Source of the DNA: Mobula hypostoma | Taxonomy: Eukaryota | Direction of reading: 5' to 3' | Length of the DNA stretch: 64,000 nucleotides | Assembly: GCF_963921235.1 (NCBI RefSeq) | Contig: NC_086097.1 | Location: 201,192,001-201,256,000, forward strand | In this document: piece after piece, positions 1-10,589 of the stretch | Layout: each line of letters opens with the position of its first letter | How positions within the stretch are numbered: position 1 is the first letter of the stretch | The notes under the pieces: model-generated | The model's input: the letters and a program-made list of their open reading frames with translations, nothing else | What the model was told of the DNA's origin: nothing | Database searches by the model: none | Made by a program: the position numbers and the translations under genes

Positions 1-443
1 ATGGAAGGGTTAATCCATGAGGAGCATTTTTTGGTCTGAGGCTAGAGTTAAGAAGAATGGGGGTATCTCATTGAAACCTATCAAATATTGAAAGGCCTGG
101 ACAGAGTGGATGTGGAGAGAATGTTTCATATGGTGGGTGAGTCTAGAACCAGAGGGCACAGCCTCGGATTAGCAGGATATCCATCCATTTAGAAAGGAGA
201 TGTGAAGAAATTTCTGTGGCTAGAGAGTGATGAATGTCTGGAGTTCATTGCCGTGGAGGTCAAATCTTCGAGTATATTTAAAGCGGAGGTTGATAGATTT
301 TTGATTAATCAGGACATCAAAGCTTCCAGGGAGAAAGCCAGAGAATGGAATTGAGAGGGATAATAAATCAGCCATGATAGAATGGTGGAACAAACTAGAT
401 GGGCCAAATGGCCTAATTCTGCTTCTATATATCGTATGGTCTT
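1..443 (+). mobile_element. CR1 LINE 3' end fragment
   Basis: Decayed ORF2 C-terminus (LIETYQILKGLDRV...SRTRGH) and CR1 3' tail (atggcctaattctgct...tatggtct). Confidence 0.85.
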
Positions 444-476
444 AAATACAGTATTCTATGTGGGGCACAGATTTAC

Positions 477-653
477 CCTGCAATTTGTGCCAGTGCTGTC
501 TTGGGAATGATATCAGGATGTCTGATGCTAAAACATAACAGATGCAGGTAAACAACATTATCAAATTTAGCTTTAATGATGTAGTCCACTCTATGCATTT
601 CCCTCACAGAACCAATTGAGTTGCTGGATGAATACACACTCCACCCCCCACAT
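477..653 (-). pseudogene. Exon remnant (5' boundary uncertain, possibly 777)
   Basis: WSVYSSSNSIGSVREMHRVDYII...LHLLCFSIRHPDIIPKTALAQIAG vs GREB1 WQKIEDVEWRPQTYLELEGLPCIL...RSLRYCDLRLINSSCLVRTALEQELG. Donor gg|gtaaat. Confidence 0.7.
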
Positions 654-1449
654 TTAAAAGGATCAGTTATTAACAGTGTTTCTGACATTCAGTTGATGTT
701 TGTGAAATCCAGAATTCACATGAGCTCACACATCATATAGAGTATACATTGGTAAATTAACTTTGATTTCAAGGTTTCTGCAAAAAACAATTGGTTGATG
801 ACATATCCAGATGCAGCAGAGGGGCCTAGGACCATAAGTACAGATTGGAGTACAAGTACAGATTCTTTAATGTGATGTCGGAGGTTGTACATAACCTTGG
901 TAAGGCTGCATTAGGGAAATTGTGTTCACCCTGCTGTAGGGAAGATGTCAGTAAGCTGGAAAGAGTTAATGTTGGATTAGGCATTAAATGGATAATTGTT
1001 ATTTTCTATCAGTTTAACTTTTTATGCCTGCTCATATTTTACACAATTACCTATATACAAACGTTTGTACATATAATTGTTCAGTATGTTTCCTAGTGGT
1101 CACAGTATGTATGTGCAACTGTTCAGTGTGCCTCCTAATGGTCACAGTTTCTTCTCTTTCTGGAAGCTTGTTTGGTACCACATTATTTGAATAGGGGTTA
1201 TCTGATCGGTTAACTTTTATCTAAATATGTGAATGGAATGTTTCTTATCTATGGCATAAGAAGGGCTGAGCTCATTGGCCTGCCATCTTTGCTTCTTCTT
1301 TTCCTTCCCCTACTATTCTCTTGCTACTCCCCATTTCCAATTCTCTTTGTTCAATTAGCACTTAATAAATTTATCATGAAGCAGCAGGTTTTATACCTTT
1401 TTGTTGACTTCCAAAAGAACTTTGGATCAAAAACATAAGAATTCAACAA

Positions 1450-1850
1450 GGTGGTGTAGTCAGCAAGGATGATTGCGAAGATTTAAGGACTTGGAAGAAC
1501 TTTAGAAAGGGAAGTAATGACATTTCTGATGCCTTGAAAAAAGCAAGAACAGAAATAGTCACCATGCATAAAATGGTTTTTCAAAATTGTATGGCATCAG
1601 ATTTTCTCTTAGCAGTTAAGGGGTGAATATGTGCAGTTATGGACAAGGAGTGTTGTACTTACATACCTGACAAGTCTGCTAACATAACTGATTTGGCTGG
1701 TCATATTCATAAAGAAGCAGCTAAAATACACCAATCTGTTGGATAGGATTTCTTTGATTAGACTCATTAAAATCTAGGAAGCTGGGGTTATTCAATGTAA
1801 TGAGTCATAATATTTATCTTGATATGCCTTATCATAATTCACATCTTTTT
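1450..1850 (+). mobile_element. env: Endogenous retrovirus env TM-subunit remnant (gamma/epsilon type)
   Basis: MVFQNCMASDFLLAVKG*ICAVMDKECCTYIPD is an immunosuppressive domain plus CX6CC (1630-1656), followed by hydrophobic VIIFILICLIII. Several stops. Confidence 0.9.
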
Positions 1851-2705
1851 CACACCTCCCATGAGTGACTTTGTGAAACCCCTTGCTAAAGTCTTTGGAG
1901 ACAATATCCATGCCTTGCCTTCATCAGGTTTCCTGGCAACTTCTTCAAAAAATTCTATAAGTAGTTAGACACAGCCCACCACACATGAAATCATACTAAC
2001 TATTCTTAATCAGTCCATGTCCATCCAAATATTCATATGTCCGGTCCCTTAGAATGCTTTCCAATAACGTTCCCTCTGCTGATGTCAAGCTCACTGGCTA
2101 AAAAATTCCTGGTTTATTTTGAGAGCTTACTTAAACAGCGTAACAACATGAGCTAAACTCCAAACCTCTGGCACCTCACCTGTCACAGAAGATGATTTAG
2201 GTATCTCTGCAAGGGCCCCAGCAATTTTTGCACACCTCCTGCAAGGTCTAAGGGAACACCATGTCAGGCCCTAGAGGTTTATTCACCCTAATTTGCCTCA
2301 AGATAGCAAACATCTCCTCCTCTATAATCTGTATAAAGCCCATAAAATTGATGCCGTTTTGCCTTACTTCTATAGACTCTGTGCCATCTCCTGAGTAACT
2401 CTAGATGCAAAAAAATGTATTTAAGATCTCCCTCAACAAAATGCTGGTGGAACTCAGCAGGCCAGGCAGCACCTGTGGAAAAAAAATACAGTCGACATTT
2501 TAGGCCGAAACCTTTTGGTAGTCCTGCTGAAGGGTTTCGGCCTGAAACGTTAACTGTACTTTTTTCCATAGATACTGCCTGGCCTGCTGAGTTCCTCCAG
2601 CATTTTGTGTGTGTTGCTTGGATTTCCAACATCTGCAGATTTTCATTTGTTTAAGATCTCCCCCATCTCTTTTGGCTCCACACATAGATTACCACTCTGA
2701 TTCTC
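1850..2705 (-). mobile_element. CR1 LINE ORF2 (RT) fragment
   Basis: Decayed RT-region sequence similar to the other CR1 copies in the window; interrupted by the element at 2433-2649. Confidence 0.75.
2433..2649. mobile_element. Palindromic Penelope-LTR/MER6-like element with degenerate hammerhead motifs
   Basis: ~85-bp inverted arms (2436-2521 and 2524-2608); 13-bp TSD tttaagatctccc at 2420-2432 and 2650-2662. Confidence 0.8.
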
Positions 2706-2750
2706 TCTTGACTTCCAAAATAATCTTGGATCAATAACATCAGAATCCAA

Positions 2751-3270
2751 CACCCTGCTGTAAGAAAGATGTCAGTAAGCTGGAAAGAGTGCACAGAAGA
2801 TTTATAAGGATGTTGCTAGGTCTTGAGGGTTGATTGCAGAACAAAGCTGCAAAGGCACAGATTTTATTCATTGCAGGAGAGGAGAATGAAAGGTGATCTT
2901 ATTGAGATATATCACATCGTGAAGGACATAGATAGGATCAATGCACACAATCATTTTCCTAGGGATGGGAAACCAAGGACTAGAGGGCATGGGTTTAAGG
3001 TGAAAAAGAAGTCATTTAATAGGAACCTAAGAGGCAAAATTTCACCCAGTGGCGGTCTGTATATGCAATCAGCTGCCATAATAAGTGGGTGGTTGAGGCA
3101 GGTACATTCACAAGAATTAAAAGGTACGTGGGCAGTACAGGTACATAGGTAGAAAAGGTTTAGAGAGACAGGGGTCAAAAGAGAAGCTTATAATATTAAC
3201 TTAGATGGGCATCTTCTTCAGCATGAACCGATTGGGACACAGGGCACATTTATACACTGTATGACACTGT
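2751..3270 (+). mobile_element. CR1 LINE 3' end
   Basis: ERRMKGDLIEIYHIVKDIDRIN...RTRGHGFKV. Confidence 0.85.
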
Positions 3271-3559
3271 TACAATGACAATAGCAGCTCATCATTGGCT
3301 CTATAACTTGGAAGTCTGCACTAAATGAATAAAAATCCTTGAAACAGGACACCTGAGGCTATCTTAATCATTGCCAGTGTCTTCAACCAGACCATCTTCA
3401 AGAGTCACATTTGTCCAGTTCGTCTTTTTTTGCACATTGGTTGTTAATCTTTGTCTGTTTATGTATAGTTTTCTGTAAGTTCTATTCAATTTCTTTATTT
3501 CCCTGTAAATACCTGTCCTATTAGGAGCTCTAACACCCTTGACCAATGCTACTCAACCA

Positions 3560-5690
3560 TCAAATAAATTTTTTCAGGCTATCTGGTGACAGCCAGACTG
3601 TGTTCCTTTACCTTGCATACAAACAGAAGCAGAAATGTGAGAATCTGGAACAGAAAGTCATTTAGTCCTGGTCTGAGAAAGTAGGTGAACTTTTATGTGA
3701 CAACTCTGAGTTAGTAGACTGGTCCATGTTCAAAGACTCAGCTTCCCACCAAGATGAGTATATCATCACAGTCAAGGACTTTATCAGCAAGTGTTTTGGA
3801 AACTGTGCACCAAAAAGAACAACCTATGTGTTCCCATACCAGAAACCATCGATGAACTGGGAGATCCAGTTCCTATTGAAATCTAGGACTACAGCATTCA
3901 GATCAAGTGACCCTGCCCTCTACAAGCATTTGAGATGAGAATTCTGTAAAGATCTCAGGGATGCCAAGAAACAATACCAGTCCAAAATTGGCTCCCATAC
4001 CAATAGTTAGTTGTGGCAGAGATTACATGCTATAATACACTACAAGATAAATTCAACAGCATTGCCAAATATATCTCACTCTTTCCTGAAGAATTGAATG
4101 CATGTTTAGAACAGAAAGGGATTGGAATGTCAGCACCCAGCCCAAAAGCCTCCACTGCAACTGGACCTACAGTCACAAAGTTGCAGATTTAAGGTCAAAC
4201 TTCCAGACAGTGAAACTGGGGAAAGGATTTGGTCTGGATTGTGTCCCTGGCCATGTCCTTAGATTCTGTACAGATTAGATGGCAGGAATATTTGCAGACA
4301 TTATTAACCCCTGTATTCCTCAATCCATGATTCCTACCTACTTTAAGAAAACCACTATTATTATAATGCCTAAAAAAAAAATAAGATATTGTGCCTTAAT
4401 GATTATCAGCCAGTGGCTCTGGCATCCACCACCATTGTGCTTCAAGAGGCTGGTCATGGCACACAATAAATCCAACCTCCCAGTTAATCTCAATGCACTG
4501 TAGTTCACTTGCTGTAAAACAGATCTAAGGCAGTTGCAATCTCCTTAACCGTACATCATCTCTGGAGGATGGTTAGAGTAAAGACACCTATGATGGACTA
4601 TACTTCTGCCATCAATACTCTAATTCCAAATAAGCTTACCTTCAAACTCCTAGACCTGGGACTCAACACCGCCCTTTCCAAGCAACACACACAAAATTCT
4701 GGATGAACTCAGCAGGCCAAACAGCATTTATGAAAAGAGTAAACAGTCAATGTTTCTGGCCGAGACCTTTTATCTGTCCTGATGTGTGGTCTCTAACTCC
4801 ATTTACAAGTTTGCAGATGATACCAGCACAGTGGGGTGTATCTCAAATAATGATGAGTCAGAATACAGGAAAGAAACAGAGAGATTAGTGTAATAACAAC
4901 AATCTTTCCCATGGTGTCAGTAAAACTTAAAGAGTTGGCCATTGACCTCAGGAGGTGGAGGGCTGCAATAAACCTGCTCTTGTTTACATCAGTGATGATG
5001 AATTTGAGAGAGATGAGAGCTTCAAGTTCCTAGGAGTGAACACCACAAATAACCTGTCCTGGTCCAACCGCATGAACACCATGCCTAACAAATACCCCTA
5101 CTTCCTCAGGAGGCTACAGAAATTTGGCACGTCCCTTTGATCCTTACCAAATTTTATCAATGCACCATAGAAAGCACCCTGTCTGGATCCTTCATTAACA
5201 TAGCAGTTAGTATGACAACTGCTCTGCCTGTAACCACAAGGAAACTAAGAGAGTGTGGATACAGCTCAGCACAAGAGACCCCTAGCCTCTCCTTCATACT
5301 TCTGTACTTCTCACTGCCATGGTAAAGTGGCCAGTTTAATCAAAGAACCTGCCCACACTGGACATTCTCTCTTCTCGCCCTTCCCAACAGGCAGAAGATG
5401 CAAAAGCCTGAAGGAAGTACTACCAGACCCTATCCTGAAGCTATAAAACTATTGAATGGTTCCCTCATATGATAAAATGAACTCTTGACTTCACAATCTA
5501 CCTTGATATAATGTTCATCTTACTGTCTACCTGCACTACACTTTCTATCTATATAAAGCATGCTTTTAACGTTTTACCTTGCACATTCTCAGCAACTGAT
5601 TTAATAGATTAATCGGTATGAATGGTATGCAAGACAAGTTTTTCCACAGTGCCTCAGTATGTGACAACAATAAATCAGTTTACCAATTTA
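3560..5690 (+). mobile_element. Rex1/Babar LINE, decayed
   Basis: FPYQKPSMN, AGIFADIIN, CFKRLVM, FKFLGV and YFLRRL motifs; 3' UTR ending aataaa. Confidence 0.85.
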
Positions 5691-6726
5691 ATTTTAATAG
5701 CCATTTCCTGTCAGATGTCATAGCCTTCTCAGAGTGCAACAACAGAGAGAATAAGCAGTGGTGTTGTTACTTGAAAAAATCTGACTGCCTCCAGACACAG
5801 GAAGGGGAGTACTATCTTCAATACTATTCACATACAATTCCTCTAAATTCATTTTAATGGATCAAAGTACAACGTAAAATACTGTGCAGGGTTCTAAGGT
5901 TTTTGTATAGTACTGTTTTTGTCAATGTGGGACAGAGAGCGAGTTTTGCAAACCTGGCAGAATCAAAGGAAGTTTAGAATGGCAAGAGTGTAGAGCAGCA
6001 GAAGGGTTTGGGACAGGTGGCAGAGAATGAGTGCTGGGCTGGGAATTGGCGTAAGTGCAGACCATCGCTCAGACACCAGATCATTTGATTCCAAACAATT
6101 GGTTTATTCATCTTTATTGTTACAATACGCACTCAACTGCACCAGCTTCTGGGGTTTAGCTGCTCCAATTCTCTACAGCATGGATAACTGGCATGGCCCC
6201 TTGAAGATTCAGGCCCGCTCCATTAATTCACGGCCATGTTTTGGTGTCAGTTTTTAATATTTAAAGAGCACCTGAAATCTGGTTCTGTGCTCAATCGTCA
6301 ACTTGATTTCAGTTGAGTCTGCAACTGTGGTTTGAATTTATGACTCCATAAGACCATAAGATATAGGAGTAGAAGTAGGCCATTCGGCCCATCGAGTCTG
6401 CTCCTCCATTCAAACATCTAATCAAAAGGACCCTGCTCTCATCTCAATCTCAAAATTATGTCTTGGGTTTAGTCTCTGATACTCCCGCACTTGGCTCCTT
6501 ACCATCCTCACCACGGCCTCTCATCAGAAATACAGAATGTCTCTCTGATGCATCCCACTCCCTCCCCTCTCCTTTCCCCTTTTCCCAACCATGTCCCCTT
6601 TCCCTGCCCCTTTCTCACTCACAGACCACAATGGAGACCCATATCAGAACAGGTTCATCATCACTCATTTCATGAAATCTGTTGGTTTTTTGTGGCAGCA
6701 GTACAGTGCAATACATAAAATGACTA

Positions 6727-6793
6727 TAGTGCTGTGCAAAAGTCTTAGGTACCCTAGTCATATAGATGTGCCTCAGACTTTTGAACAGTGCTG
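6727..6793. mobile_element. 67-bp Tc1-type MITE (TIR hairpin)
   Basis: TA|tagtgctgtgcaaaagtcttaggtac ... gtgcctcagacttttgaacagtgctg|TA: ~26-bp TIRs and TA TSD. Confidence 0.75.
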
Positions 6794-7014
6794 TAGTTGC
6801 AATTTACTAATATGCCGTATGTCTGAGCAGTAAACAAAACTCCAGATGCAGAGATCTGCAAAAATACTCGACCAGTGACACTTAAGATAATAGTTGTCAT
6901 CATCTTCTACACTTTCAAAGATTGCTATTTTTTTTGCTTAATAAAGTTTTCAAAGAGATGGATCCAAGTGATGTAAGCTTTCCTGAGGTGCAAAGCGCCA
7001 TTGACTACACTCAC

Positions 7015-7209
7015 TTTGATTTATAGACAGTGCGAATTAACTGGGAGATATTCTGCAGTTCTTGTATGATCAGCCACAGTATATTACTTTGGTTGGTAGT
7101 TACGATTCTTTTTTGATATTTCATAAATGTCTGAGCCATTCTGACAAACAAAGGATGGCAAGTGAGATCTGCCTTGAAGTCATGGCTCTTTAGTTGCACG
7201 AAGAGGCAC
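7015..7209 (-). pseudogene. Exon remnant (195 nt, phase 2-2, open)
   Basis: cctttgtttataag| ... aa|gtgagt. LTCHPLFVRMAQTFMKYQKRIVTTNQSNILWLIIQEL vs GREB1 LRYDSSFEAMVTALGKRFPRLHSAVIRTFVLVQHY. Confidence 0.7.
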
Positions 7210-7514
7210 CTTATAAACAAAGGAAGCCATGTTATCAAACCTATTGACAGAGTAAACTATTGGCATTCTCAAGTAAAGAATGCACTGTGTGCACCTCAAT
7301 ACAGAAGAGCTGGAGTACTCAACACATCAGATTTTGAGATTAATCATCAACTCCTGAGTGTTGTTTCAAACATTTTTGACTTGAACACAATCTCTTGAGA
7401 CACCTTCTCAAGCCTCAAGAATATCCTCATCCCCACAAATAGAGGACATTTCTTCTTTTTTCAGCCTTATCAATCTACATTTCCAGAGTAACATCAGAAA
7501 AGTTTGGAGCTCAC

Positions 7515-7594
7515 GTCATGTCATAGCTGTTTTAACAGATCAAAGTGTTGGTACCATCACTTCCGACCAATTGTGAAGATGTAATGCGTTTATC
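7515..7594 (-). pseudogene. Exon remnant (80 nt, phase 0-2)
   Basis: tgttatag| ... ac|gtgagc. Reads DKRITSSQLVGSDGTNTLIC*NSYDMT; its phases bridge the flanking exons exactly. Confidence 0.6.
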
Positions 7595-7921
7595 CTATAA
7601 CAGATGCAGCTTGCTTCAGCCAGCACTAGTCATTCCTGAGAATGAACCCTTGCCCCTGTTTACCTACAATGGCTCTCAGACCTATAATTTCTCCAATTTA
7701 AATTTATCACCCATTTGTTTAAACTAATTTATGGACCCACCTTCTCTTCATATCATTCCTCAAAGCCTCTCCCCATTATTCTCTGCTCTTTGAAGCTGAT
7801 CTCTATGATAATTTAGAACAAATAATATCTATCATATTAGCTAGAAACCCAGCTTGGCCCCATCATTTTAATAGATGTTTTACTGTTTCTTAGCCATTCC
7901 ACTAGAGCTAAACTGACGTAC

Positions 7922-8176
7922 CTTTAGCTCTGAAGAAGCCAGCATACTTCCTCATTTAATCCACCCTGTTGTAAGCAGCAGGTACATTTACTCTGGGGAT
8001 TTACTGAGATCAGGAAAGGTTCTCCACATGGAACACTAAGCATCAGTGAGACACAGCAAGTGGTAGGAGCTCTGTTCTGGAGAATAGTGCCAATAAAGCT
8101 TCCTGACTGCAGTAGATACTTCCACAATCATTACCAAGGTATATCAAGCATAATCTCAAAAAAATTTTTAGGAATA
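7922..8176 (-). pseudogene. Exon remnant (255 nt, phase 0-0, 6 stops)
   Basis: Branch ctaac plus ctttcttgtag|, donor aag|gtacgt. YTLVMIVEVS vs GREB1 HTLFVLIHDHA; FPDLSKSPE*MYLLLTTGW vs CREVKEAPNIVTLHVTSFP. Confidence 0.7.
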
Positions 8177-8445
8177 CTACAAGAAAGATTCTGTTAGATT
8201 ATAATCCTGAAGTTTTGCTGAGTTGAGGTGATTCTCTGATTCTGATTAACAATGACTCTGATTCTCAGAAGGTTACTCTTGTTACCTTCCATCATTATTT
8301 ACCATATTTCCACTCACAATCAGTAAATGATATATACTAATTAGTTCAACAGAAGTGCTACACAGACAAATCTTTAGCATATTTCCATACCCCAAAATGA
8401 CCAAAAGTTAGGGTGTATGCCTCCACTATTTCTTGTTTGACTTAC

Positions 8446-8541
8446 CAAAACATTTTTGGATTTAATTTTATTAGAATCTGATGCACCTACAGCTAGATCC
8501 TTTGATCCAGCTTCTTTTCCATGCAATTGTTCCAAGTATTG
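8446..8541 (-). pseudogene. Exon remnant (96 nt, phase 0-0, open)
   Basis: aattag| ... ttg|gtaagt. Reads QYLEQLHGKEAGSKDLAVGASDSNKIKSKNVL. Confidence 0.65.
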
Positions 8542-9959
8542 CTAATTGTATGAGAATTATACATTTACACAGCACAAAATAAATCTTTTGGCCCACTGAA
8601 TCCACAATGACCTAGTTATACTAGTCCCATTTTATTCTCTCGAATTTTCCCAGATACTCTCACTGACCCAAACAATAGCCAGTTAGCCTACTAGTCTTTA
8701 ATGTTCACTCATTTCTTTTGTTCTTTTGGCTGGAATTAATACATCTGCATGAAGTGCCTGCCGGGGCTGAAGAGGAGGAAGAGTATGCAAGGAATGAGAT
8801 ATGTGTGTATCACTGTTGGAGTTGAGGTAAATGTGCCTGTGTATTTGTGTAATGGACAAATGAATTTATGATAGGCATTTTGATTTATTATATTTTTTAT
8901 TATGTGAGTAATGAAGATATGGTGCCTTGAGCAGTGTGTAAGTCTAGTTTTGCAATTATGAGTCCAGTTTTGCAGTTTGTTGCTCCTTATGCTAAACTTA
9001 AACCATAAGTGAAGTCATTAAACATTCTGCAGAACTGGGATCATACAGCCCTGATTACCATCCTGGGCCATTCCTACTAATCCCACTTTAGTTCTGTGCT
9101 GGAAGGCTTCCAGAACATCAGATTCCCTTTGGATTTCATGGTTAGGGTGACAGAATCGTGATGGTATTTCTGCTTTACTTCTTATGTTCTTATATGCATG
9201 GTCAATAAACTGTTGATTTCCCAAACTCTTCCCCGTTATTCTGTGCTCTTTGATTCACATCTCCTTGGCAGTTCAAAACTAAATTTAAATTAGTTAAAAA
9301 CTTTACAGTTTATTGACCATGCTTTTAGCAAACTTAACAATCGTTAGCTCAAGCAAGGTAATGCATTTCATATACCTTCAGAAAACTTATATTTTTATTT
9401 TACTTTTAAAATTTAAGCAATTCTAAGCCTGTTGCTCTTGATTTCCTTTAGTCAATACAAGTGAGCAGCTATTTTTGACTTTAACATTCACATTTGCAGA
9501 ACCTTCCAGAAGAAGTGCAAAATGGAATTTCAAGCGCATTATGTGCATGGTTTTCCAGGTGTTAAAATTACTAACAGGGAAATTGTGAACAATATTAGTC
9601 AGGGGTAAAGTATATGTAATTTTATATTCTGATTACTGTCAACTGAACTTTAGTAAATGTGCCCGTGTAAGCAGTACTTTCAGGAAGAATTGGATCTTGA
9701 CTGTAATGCTCTGATAGTTATAATAAACTTGATATTTACTATTATGCAATCTAACCAAAGTGTTACTTGGGTGAGGTGCTAAAGAATGACTTCTTCTGAT
9801 TATACCTTGACAATGAATAAGTACTTCAGATTTTGCAATAAAATAAATATGAAGACAATAAATTTACCACCTATAAATTGAAAAACTACTACCAACAAAA
9901 CCAAATTGCAGAGTCGAACATGAAAACCATGAAGCTACAACTCAAGTTGCCCTACTCAC

Positions 9960-10150
9960 AAGATGAAGTGCTATACCAATGCCTACTGAAATACATGAAA
10001 ATGCTGTAAGCATCCACTAGCTACCTGGTACATTCAGCAGGAAAAGAAAAGTCTCATTCATTCTAATGTGAAGATTAGAAGGACTTTCTTTGTGTCTTTG
10101 GACACACAGGACTTGCGTCTCTACTGAACCATTCTGTAGCAAATGTTTAT
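9960..10150 (-). pseudogene. Exon remnant (191 nt, phase 1-0), best GREB1 match
   Basis: tattgcag| ... ctt|gtgagt. SPSNLHIRMNETFLFLLNVPGS*WMLTAFSCISVGIGIALHL aligns without gaps to GREB1 STQNLDLGSFEKVDFLICIPPSEVTYQQTLLHVWHSGVLLEL; a single TAG sits at the E position. Confidence 0.75.
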
Positions 10151-10589
10151 CTGCAATAGTGCATTAATCAATGAAAATCAGGGTTCAACAACACAGTCAC
10201 ACTTACAATGCAATTTTTAGAGCTTGTTGATGAAATATGGCTTTGGATGCTCTGCTCAGTAAAACCTGACAATCTGAATCAATTGCAGAATAATTGTTTG
10301 ATATGATTAATCAACATATCCATTATCACTATACCAACAGGATGAAAGAGGTTGAATTGGATGGACAATGACTTTTCTTGTCCAACAATGCTATATTTCT
10401 TGCAAGGGGAAACTCTGATGAGGTCGAAATTTTTTCTTGTGTGCGGGGGCTGGGAAGGTGAAACAGGAATAGCAGCAATGCTTTACTGAAATATATAAAA
10501 ATATCACAAGTCTGCAGTCAAGCTAGATCATATACCAGGATGTTTGCTAACCAGCTTATTGCCTGAAATATAAACACTTGCCTGAAAAG

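Noticed and set aside
7924..8127. 67-aa Cys-rich ORF (MWKYLLQSG...)
   Set aside because: Alternative frame of the pseudo-exon; splice phase and GREB1 similarity support the stop-containing frame.
7922..8176. TGA codons as selenocysteine or recoding
   Set aside because: TAA and TAG stops occur in the same frame, and other exons carry frameshifts.
9018..9270. 68-aa ORF as an additional exon, sharing ~50 bp of similarity with 7765-7820
   Set aside because: Flanking exons join in phase without it and there is no GREB1 match. The shared motif is probably an old dispersed repeat.
9960..10150. Idea of an internally duplicated helicase module (SVET...VP resemblance to a later GREB1 segment)
   Set aside because: A better gap-free, colinear alignment exists to the NLDLGSFEKVDFLICIPPS segment.
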